Assembly (NCBI RefSeq): GCF_001457615.1
Contig: NZ_LN831024.1
Coordinates: 4,740,001 to 4,772,000 of the forward strand
DNA length: 32,000 bases
Reading direction: 5' to 3'
Origin: Pseudomonas aeruginosa
GTDB lineage: Bacteria > Pseudomonadota > Gammaproteobacteria > Pseudomonadales > Pseudomonadaceae
Position numbers and translations under genes: made by a program
In this document: positions 25,490 to 32,000 of the stretch, piece by piece
How the letters are laid out: every line of letters begins with the position of its first letter
Numbering within the stretch: the stretch's first letter is position 1
The notes under the pieces: generated by a model
What the model saw: only the letters and a program-made list of their open reading frames with translations
Told to the model about the DNA's origin: nothing
Databases searched by the model: none

Positions 25490-25897
25490 ATGCGAGGCAA
25501 TCGATTGATTTCATATAACAAATTCACTCCTGCCCTGATAGCCTGTACTATGGCCTCTTTAATGAGCGGGTGTGACAATACAAGTGCAAAAAAAACGGAT
25601 AACATGATCAAAGGAAATTATCCGCTCCAGGTGGCTTTACACTCCATGGGGGAGTCTTTCCAAGAGGATGCTTATAATTTAAGCGCAATACAGCATATAA
25701 ATAGCGGGGAGTCACCTACTAAAGCGGTGGTTACTATTGAAGTTTCAGAGTTACCGGACGATTCCGTGTCTGCCGAAAAAACTGTCTTTACAATGAGCTA
25801 TCAAAACGACAGGTGGCAAATAGTGAATCAGGTAAAAACACAACGATGCTGGCCAGGGCGAGGACATACAGACTTTTCAGAACAACCATGTAATTAG
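25490..25897 (+). CDS. Accessory lipoprotein, unknown function
   Basis: MRGNRLISYNKFTPALIACTMASLMSGCDNTSAKK...: lipobox LMSGC; 135 aa. Confidence 0.65.
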   Translation: MRGNRLISYNKFTPALIACTMASLMSGCDNTSAKKTDNMIKGNYPLQVALHSMGESFQEDAYNLSAIQHINSGESPTKAVVTIEVSELPDDSVSAEKTVFTMSYQNDRWQIVNQVKTQRCWPGRGHTDFSEQPCN

Positions 25898-25898
25898 A

Positions 25899-26239
25899 TT
25901 ACCAATGACGTGAACTAGCTTTCTTGAGTGTGGCCAGCCACCTAGGAAGATCCTTCATTTCATGCAGTACGCGCCAAACATCGATGTGAGCGTTTTGCTC
26001 GACCTAGACACAAGGTAGGGATGGCGCTGGAGTGGTCAGAAGCGTAGGCCGGACAGATCCAGTTCTTAGGCGTAGCGTGCCGAGCCAGAGTTGGGGTGAC
26101 GGCGGATCTGCTTATACGCTCGTTCCAGGGCGTCAATGAAGCTTAATGCCGCTTTCTCGTCTGTTCTTCGGTAGTACGCAATGGCGTTGTCTACGCCTCT
26201 ATTTGCTAGCTCATGCAGGATGACGAGCTTTTGCTTCAT
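25899..26239 (-). pseudogene. Decayed ParE/RelE-family toxin
   Basis: MKQKLVILHELANRGVDNAIAYYRRTDEKAALSFIDALERAYKQIRRHPNSGSARYA*ELDLSGLRF*PLQRHPYLV[fs]EQNAHIDVWRVLHEMKDLPRWLATLKKASSRHW*. Confidence 0.85.
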
Positions 26240-26290
26240 TCTTAAGCATTCCGCACGCGAGCACGGATCGATTCGAAGTAGTCAGTATCG
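26240..26290 (-). pseudogene. 3' remnant of ParD-type antitoxin
   Basis: ...VDTDYFESIRARVRNA* on minus strand just upstream of the toxin ATG. Confidence 0.45.
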
Positions 26291-26365
26291 ACAGGGCAGC
26301 GAGAGCGGACGCAGCACTAGCAAACAATATTTTGCCAAGAATCATAACGCGGCTTTGGCGGCTAA

Positions 26366-26383
26366 TGTCGAAAAAATGTCGAA
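26366..26383. repeat. GTCGAAA iterons near the right att
   Basis: TGTCGAAAAAATGTCGAA identical to 16816-16833. Confidence 0.75.
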
Positions 26384-26478
26384 TTTATAGGGCCGAATAG
26401 CGACGAATCGAGCACGTGAGGAAAGCGGAAAGCCCGTATTGAGCGGGTTTAACACGAATTGACATGCTACTGAAAAGA

Positions 26479-26504
26479 GTTCGATTCCCTTCGCCCGCTC
26501 CAGA
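26479..26504. repeat. Right attachment-site core of the Pf prophage
   Basis: GTTCGATTCCCTTCGCCCGCTCCAGA identical to 16725-16750. Confidence 0.93.
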
Positions 26505-26514
26505 TCCCAATGCA

Positions 26515-26548
26515 AAAGCCCCTGACACCAACCAGTGCCAGGGGCTTT
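26515..26548. terminator. Hairpin terminator downstream of rightmost tRNA-like 3' end
   Basis: AAAGCCCCTG...CAGGGGCTTT perfect 10-bp inverted repeat. Confidence 0.75.
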
Positions 26549-26638
26549 CTGTTTTCAGGCTTTACCGCGTAAAGCCCGGGAAAGATCGGAAGCGCCCCAT
26601 GGATTTCGGCGGAGACGCAGCCGGAAGGTTCCTCTCCT

Positions 26639-27115
26639 TTACATCATCAGCGAGTAGGCCCGCTCCAACTGGTCCAGATCGATATCCAGGGGCAGCGGCA
26701 GGGGCGCTTCGCCGATGCGCTGCTCGCTGGCGAACTTTCCCTCGGCCAACACACGTGCCGGGTCGTTGAGGGCGAGGAAGTCGCCCCCGTCGTATTCCCA
26801 GAAATTCAGCGGGGAGCGGCCGGAATAGGTTTCGTTCCAGCAGGCGACGTACGAACGTTCGCCCAGGACTTTCGGACGGCAGGAAACGTAGGGTTCCAGA
26901 TAGACCTCATGGGTGAGGTACAGGAAGGTGAGGTCATCCACGCGATAGGCCGGCGCTTCGCTGACCTCCTGAGGCTCCTCGTCCAGTTGCGCTTCGGGGT
27001 TCGCTCCCGGATCGACCGCTGCGACAGCGGAAAACCCATCCGCCCCCCCAGGCTCTCCCATGGCCATGCCTCCACAGATGAAAAGGGAAGCAACCACGAC
27101 CAATAACTTCAACAC
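26639..27115 (-). CDS. Host secreted hypothetical protein (PA0713-like position)
   Basis: 158 aa; signal peptide MLKLLVVVASLFICGGMAMG. Confidence 0.72.
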   Translation of the reverse strand: MLKLLVVVASLFICGGMAMGEPGGADGFSAVAAVDPGANPEAQLDEEPQEVSEAPAYRVDDLTFLYLTHEVYLEPYVSCRPKVLGERSYVACWNETYSGRSPLNFWEYDGGDFLALNDPARVLAEGKFASEQRIGEAPLPLPLDIDLDQLERAYSLMM

Positions 27116-27346
27116 GACGCGTCCTCGCCTGAAAATCGCGGAGATTACGCCGCCAACTTTTCAGGTATGCGATCAGGGTGGCCCGCAACCTTCCGCCCCG
27201 CCGCCCGATATCGGGCAATTCCTACACGACGGAAGACGCATCCATCTGGGCCCGCACCCGGCTCGTCTTCTCTCTCAGCGCTCTTTCACGGTGTTCCGCA
27301 GCAAATTAGTAATTATCTGTAGGAATAACTCCTCAACAGCCTCGTA

Positions 27347-27640
27347 TCACTTCCGCTCGAGCCGAATCTCGACCAGCTTGCCATCGATGAAGCGCAAGTG
27401 TCGGTAGACGCCTCCACTGGGGCCATACACCCAGAATTCGGTGCGTGCGGCATTCAACTTGGGCACGCCGTTGTTGCGCAGGGCAGGCTCGTTGACGATC
27501 CTGCTCAGCGGTTGCCCGCACCTTTCCAGGACTTGCTCGACGCTGTCGCCCTCGTCCACCAGATGCGTGCCGCATCTCATCGAGGCGACGGCAGGAATTG
27601 CCAACGAAGACATGAACAGCGTCAGCGCCGTGCGAAACAT
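27347..27640 (-). CDS. DUF2845-like secreted protein
   Basis: MFRTALTLFMSSLAIPAVASMRCGTHLVDEGDSVEQVLERCGQP... Confidence 0.8.
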   Translation of the reverse strand: MFRTALTLFMSSLAIPAVASMRCGTHLVDEGDSVEQVLERCGQPLSRIVNEPALRNNGVPKLNAARTEFWVYGPSGGVYRHLRFIDGKLVEIRLERK

Positions 27641-27979
27641 GGATACCTCCCGCTTCCCCCGATAATGAAAGCGCGGACCGCCGCGGGGCGAGGCGAACTC
27701 CCTCACAAAGGCGCAAGCGTCGCACGGCGGCATAGCGACGCAGGCAGTTTCTTGCCGTCGCTTCGCCAGCTTCGTTAGACTGCCGCATCGCAGCACGCTT
27801 TCGTGGCTGCGCCCTCCCCGATCCGAGGCTTGTATGTTGGAGATAGTAATCATCCGATAACCGCCACTTCGTCATCCCGCACGAGGTGTCGCCGGTTATC
27901 TGCCTTCGCCATGGCTCGCACACGCCTTTTCGCGCAGTGCGGCCGCGTTGTCACACCGATGATTACAGGTTCTACCGAC

Positions 27980-28237
27980 ATGAACGTTTCCAAGCCGGAA
28001 CAACGGACGCTTCACGCCTTGGCCCAGGGCGGCCATATCGCCTTCCTTCGCGACGCTTCGGGCAAGATCACCCGCGTCGAGTGCTACAACCGCGACGGCC
28101 ACCTGCTACTCGACTGCACCCTGGCGGTGTTCTCCAGGCTGAAGAACAAGGGCCTGGTCCACTCCCGCCAGGGCAGGCCCTACCGGATATCCATGGCCGG
28201 GCTGAAAGCCGTGCGCCCGCAGGCGGACAATCGCTGA
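27980..28237 (+). CDS. YjhX family protein (UPF0386)
   Basis: [71 protein letters not shown]. Confidence 0.87.
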
Positions 28238-28296
28238 CCCCCTTCCTTTTCCATTGCCCCCGCCGGGACAAGGCGGGGGTTCCGAGGAGTGCTTGC

Positions 28297-28803
28297 ATGA
28301 ATATTTCCATCCGTGCGGAAACGCCCGGCGACATCAACGCCATCGCTCGCCTGACCGAAGCCGCGTTCCGCAACGAAACGCATAGCAGCCATACCGAGCA
28401 GTACATCGTCGATGCCCTCCGCCGTGCTGGCGCGCTGACGCTTTCGCTGGTGGCCGAAGCGAATGGCCAGGTGATCGGCCATATCGCAGCCTCACCAGTG
28501 ACCATCGATGGCGAAGCGGGCGGCTGGTACGGCCTCGCGCCGCTATCGGTGGCGCCCGGGCGACAGCGCCAGGGTCTCGGTTCGCAGTTGGTCCGGCGCC
28601 TGCTCACCGAGTTGCGACTGCTGCCCGCGGGTGGCTGCGTGGTACTGGGCGAACCGACCTACTACTCGCGCTTCGGCTTTCGGGTGGAAAGCGGCCTGGC
28701 GTTGCCCGGCGTTCCCGCCGAATACTTCCAGGCACAGTCCTTCAGCGGGCGCATGGCGCGAGGAATAGTGGCCTTCCACGCCGCATTCGACGCCAGCGAC
28801 TGA
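28297..28803 (+). CDS. GNAT family N-acetyltransferase
   Basis: IRAETPGDINAIARLTEAAF...YGLAPLSVAPGRQRQGLGSQLV...LGEPTYYSRFGF. Confidence 0.92.
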   Translation: MNISIRAETPGDINAIARLTEAAFRNETHSSHTEQYIVDALRRAGALTLSLVAEANGQVIGHIAASPVTIDGEAGGWYGLAPLSVAPGRQRQGLGSQLVRRLLTELRLLPAGGCVVLGEPTYYSRFGFRVESGLALPGVPAEYFQAQSFSGRMARGIVAFHAAFDASD

Positions 28804-28846
28804 GCCGGAACGACAGCAGCCGCTATGTCGCCCCCTAGTCGCGGGC

Positions 28847-29242
28847 TCAATCGAACTGGGTACCCTTCTGGATCAGTTCCACCTTGTAGCCGTCCGGGTC
28901 TTCGAGGAAGGCGATCACGCTGCGTCCGTGCTGCATCGGCCCGGCCTCGCGGGTGACCCGATAGCCCAGCGCCCTGGCCCGGGCGCAGGTGACGGCGGCA
29001 TCCTCGACCTCGATGGCCAGGTGGCCGTAGCCGTCGCCCTGGGTGTAGCCGTCCCGGTCCCAGTTGTGGGTCAACTCCAGGGCAGCGGCCGCGCGCTCGT
29101 CCTGGTAGCCGACGAAGGCCAGGGTGAAGCGGCCTTCGGGATAGTCCCGGCGCCGCAGCAGGCGCATGTCCAGGGCGCGGGTGTAGAACTCCAGCGCGGC
29201 CTCGAGATCGGCCACGCGGAGCATGCTGTGCAGGATTCGCAT
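28847..29242 (-). CDS. gloA2: Lactoylglutathione lyase (glyoxalase I)
   Basis: MRILHSMLRVADLEAALEFYTRALDMRLLRRRDYPEGRFTLAFVGY...; recalled PA0710 position. Confidence 0.9.
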   Translation of the reverse strand: MRILHSMLRVADLEAALEFYTRALDMRLLRRRDYPEGRFTLAFVGYQDERAAAALELTHNWDRDGYTQGDGYGHLAIEVEDAAVTCARARALGYRVTREAGPMQHGRSVIAFLEDPDGYKVELIQKGTQFD

Positions 29243-29286
29243 GGAAATTCTCCGTGGAATCCGGCGGCGAGCCGCCGGAGCGGGGA

Positions 29287-29583
29287 TCAACCCTCGATGC
29301 GGTAGCCCTTGAACAGGAAAAGCGGACCGAAGGCGTAGCTGTCGATCAGTTCGTAGAAGCGCGCGATGGTTTCGTTGCGGCAATGCTGGAGGAACGCCGC
29401 CTCGTCTTCGTACACCTCGTCGAGGTAGAAGCGGTTGCGGTTGTTCTCGTCGCGGATCACTTCGAAGCGCAGGGTGCCCGGCTCGCTCTGCAACGAGCCA
29501 TTGGCATCGAACAGACCTGCCGCGGCGAACGCTTCGCGCTTGTCGGAGGGAACGTCGAACTGAACCAGTACGTGGTAGGTCAT
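29287..29583 (-). CDS. Antibiotic biosynthesis monooxygenase-like protein
   Basis: MTYHVLVQFDVPSDKREAFAAAGLFDANGSLQSEPGTLRFEVIRDENNRNRFYLDEVYEDEAAFLQH. Confidence 0.85.
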   Translation of the reverse strand: MTYHVLVQFDVPSDKREAFAAAGLFDANGSLQSEPGTLRFEVIRDENNRNRFYLDEVYEDEAAFLQHCRNETIARFYELIDSYAFGPLFLFKGYRIEG

Positions 29584-29698
29584 GGAATCTTTCCTCGTGA
29601 AATGGGGTTGGAAGCGATCGCGAGGTCCATGCTAGGGTGGCCTTTCACTCATTAAAAGTAATCAATAATCAGCAAGGCACTCACTTAAAGAGAATTAT

Positions 29699-30553
29699 GT
29701 GAAACTCTCCCAACTCGGATTCTTCTGCGCGGTGGTCGAACGCGGCACCATCGCAGCCGCGGCCGAACAGTTGCATTGCGTGCCGTCGAACATCACTACC
29801 CGCTTGCGCGAACTCGAAGGACAACTCGGCGTAGCCCTGTTCAATCGCGAAAGGAATCGCCTGCTGGTCACCCCCGAGGGCCGCCTGCTGTACCGCCACG
29901 CCACGCGCCTGCTGGCGCTGGCCGACGAGACCGCTGCGCTGTTCGCCGGCGACCAGGCGCACGGCGCGCTACGGGTCGGCGCACTGGACGTGGCCCTGGC
30001 CAATCACCTGCCCCAGCGCCTGGCCCGCTACCGCCGCGAGTCGCCGGGCGTTGAACTGCACATCCGCCCCGAGCATTCGCTGCTGCTCGAGCGTCTGCTG
30101 ATGGAGGGAGAGCTGGACCTGATCGTTGCCGACGGCCCCATCGAACACCCGTTGCTGGCCAGCCGCCTGGCCTTCCGCGAGCGCCTGTTGCGAGTCACTC
30201 CCGCCAACCTGCCGGCGCCCACTCCCGAGGACCTCGCCAGCCTCGAACTCTATGTGTTCGGCCACACTTGCCACTACCGCCGCCAGGTCGACCGCTGGCT
30301 GGCGGAAAGCGGTATCCAGCCGCGTGCAACCCTGGAAATCGAGTCCTACCCAAGCCTCTTCGCCTGCATCGAGGCCGGTCTCGGCTTCGCCTGCGTGCCG
30401 GAGAGCTTCGTTGCACGCATGCCCTCCACGCGACGGGGTTTCCATGCCGAACCGGTAGCCGGCCTGGACTCCAGCGATATCCATTTCGTCTGGCGCAAAC
30501 AGCAAGCCTCGCCGCTGATCCAGGGCTTCATCGACAGCATCGGCGCCGACTGA
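29699..30553 (+). CDS. LysR family transcriptional regulator
   Basis: VKLSQLGFFCAVVERGTIAAAAEQLHCVPSNITTRLRELEGQLGVALFNRERNRLLVTPEG (GTG start). Confidence 0.93.
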   Translation: MKLSQLGFFCAVVERGTIAAAAEQLHCVPSNITTRLRELEGQLGVALFNRERNRLLVTPEGRLLYRHATRLLALADETAALFAGDQAHGALRVGALDVALANHLPQRLARYRRESPGVELHIRPEHSLLLERLLMEGELDLIVADGPIEHPLLASRLAFRERLLRVTPANLPAPTPEDLASLELYVFGHTCHYRRQVDRWLAESGIQPRATLEIESYPSLFACIEAGLGFACVPESFVARMPSTRRGFHAEPVAGLDSSDIHFVWRKQQASPLIQGFIDSIGAD

Positions 30554-30838
30554 CGCCAACGATCGATGCCGCAACACAAACGCACTCGGAAAAATCGGTA
30601 ACAGCGGAACCACTGCACAGACCAGAGAAAAAGCCGCCACCAACCAGGCCTGGCGGCGACACCGGAAGTACCCTCGGCGGCCGATTGCCGAGCCGATCCC
30701 CTACCTGCCCCCTGGGTTTTCCGACGAAAGACCTTGATTCGTGGGAGGTAGGGTCGTCTCCGCTAGATACCCCTCAACCCTGCGTGCGGGCTCCATGCCC
30801 GAGCGCCTTGGCGAGATTTGCCCATAGAGCCATCACTT

Positions 30839-31618
30839 ATGACTGCGACAGACAGAACGCCCCCGCCATTGAAATGGCTCTGCCTCGGCAACCGTGATGC
30901 GAACGACGGATTCGAGCTCTTCGCCCATGGCATCTATGCGAGGAACGGCGCGTTGGTCGGCAGCAAGCTCTCCCTGCGCGAACGGCGCCAGCGCGTCGAC
31001 CTGTCGGCCTTCCTTTCCGGCGCACCGCCGCTGCTTGCTGAGGCGGCGGTCAAGCACCTGCTGGCGCGCCTCCTGTGCGTGCACCGGCACAACACCGACC
31101 TCGAACTGCTCGGCAAGAACTTCATTCCCCTGCATGCCAGCAGCCTGGGCAACGCCGGGGTCTGCGAGCGGATCCTGGCCTCGGCCAGGCAATTGCAGCA
31201 GCACCAGGTCGAACTCTGCCTGCTGCTGGCCATCGACGAGCAGGAACCCGCCTCGGCGGAGTACCTGGCGTCCCTCGCCCGGCTACGCGACAGCGGCGTG
31301 CGCATCGCGCTGCACCCGCAACGCATCGATACCGACGCTCGCCAGTGCTTCGCCGAGGTCGACGCCGGCCTCTGCGATTACCTGGGCCTGGACGCGCGCC
31401 TGCTTGCCCCCGGCCCGCTGACGCGTAACCTGCGCCAGCGCAAGAGCATCGAGTACCTGAACCGGCTGTTGGTGGCACAGGACATCCAGATGCTTTGCCT
31501 CAACGTCGACAATGAGGAACTGCACCAACAAGCCAACGCACTCCCCTTCGCCTTCCGTCACGGCAGGCACTATTCGGAGCCTTTCCAGGCCTGGCCGTTC
31601 AGCAGTCCGGCCTGCTGA
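30839..31618 (+). CDS. toxR: Exotoxin A regulator ToxR (RegA)
   Basis: 259 aa [41 protein letters not shown]...; recalled PA0707 position between LysR gene and cat. Confidence 0.85.
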
Positions 31619-31710
31619 ACGCCGACGCGGCTGCCAGCCGTCACGCCAGGCTGGCCCGCTATCCCACCAGGCGCTACCCTTGGCGGTTTCGACGGACAGG
31701 GACGACGGTC

Positions 31711-32000
31711 ATGGGCAACTATTTCGAGAGCCCCTTCAGGGGCAAGCTGCTCTCGGAACAGGTCAGCAACCCGAACATACGGGTGGGGCGCTACAGCTAC
31801 TACTCCGGCTACTATCACGGGCATTCCTTCGACGACTGCGCCCGCTACCTGATGCCGGACCGCGACGACGTGGACAAGCTGGTCATCGGCAGTTTCTGCT
31901 CGATCGGCAGTGGCGCCGCCTTCATCATGGCCGGCAACCAGGGACACCGCGCCGAATGGGCGTCGACCTTCCCCTTCCACTTCATGCACGAAGAGCCTGC
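31711..32000 (+). CDS. cat: Xenobiotic/chloramphenicol acetyltransferase (hexapeptide-repeat), truncated by window end
   Basis: [89 protein letters not shown]. Confidence 0.92.

Larger units (their letters stand above)
16725..26504. mobile_element. Pf-type filamentous (inovirus) prophage
   Basis: Perfect 26-bp terminal direct repeats; contents integrase - rep - zot - minor coat - coaA - coat - ssb - xis/repressor in canonical Pf order; ~9.75 kb. Confidence 0.96.

Noticed and set aside
27803-28803. Overlapping long reading frames around the YjhX-like and GNAT genes
   Set aside because: The extra N-terminal lengths are off-frame read-throughs; internal ATGs at 27980 and 28297 give the recognisable proteins.
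1-32000. CRISPR array, retron or restriction-modification operon
   Set aside because: No regularly spaced repeats, reverse transcriptase motif or restriction endonuclease was seen in the window; the adenine methylase appears solitary.

Overview
The window reads as a Pseudomonas aeruginosa chromosome segment in which two unrelated prophages sit in tandem at one tRNA-3'-end attachment site, followed by conserved host chromosome. (1) ~1-16750 is the right part of a mosaic temperate phage with a P2-like tail: tail tube FII, E/E' chaperone with a T TTT TTG slippery site, a frameshifted tape measure, gpU and gpD. After these come a minus-strand lysogeny-side cargo operon, a repressor/Cro switch, CII-like and Ogr-like regulators, a large zinc-finger/Toprim/ATPase replication protein, Dam-type methylase, a HicA-like protein, an AlpA-like protein and a tyrosine integrase. 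(2) ~16725-26504 is a complete-looking Pf-type filamentous prophage flanked by perfect 26-bp direct repeats (GTTCGATTCCCTTCGCCCGCTCCAGA). It has integrase, Rep, Zot-like pI, CoaA, a divergent major coat protein, SSB-like protein, Xis-like and Arc-like repressor with three palindromic operators, an accessory lipoprotein and a decayed ParE-type toxin. (3) ~26505-32000 is host DNA recalled as PA0713-PA0706 order: YjhX-like, GNAT, glyoxalase, monooxygenase-like, LysR, toxR/regA and the start of cat. The best candidates for something undescribed are the AT-rich two-helix/coiled-coil membrane protein and secreted-protein cargo next to the phage repressor (5487-6709), and the Pf-borne lipoprotein (25490-25897). 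No database search was possible, so family calls rest on recalled motifs and synteny.
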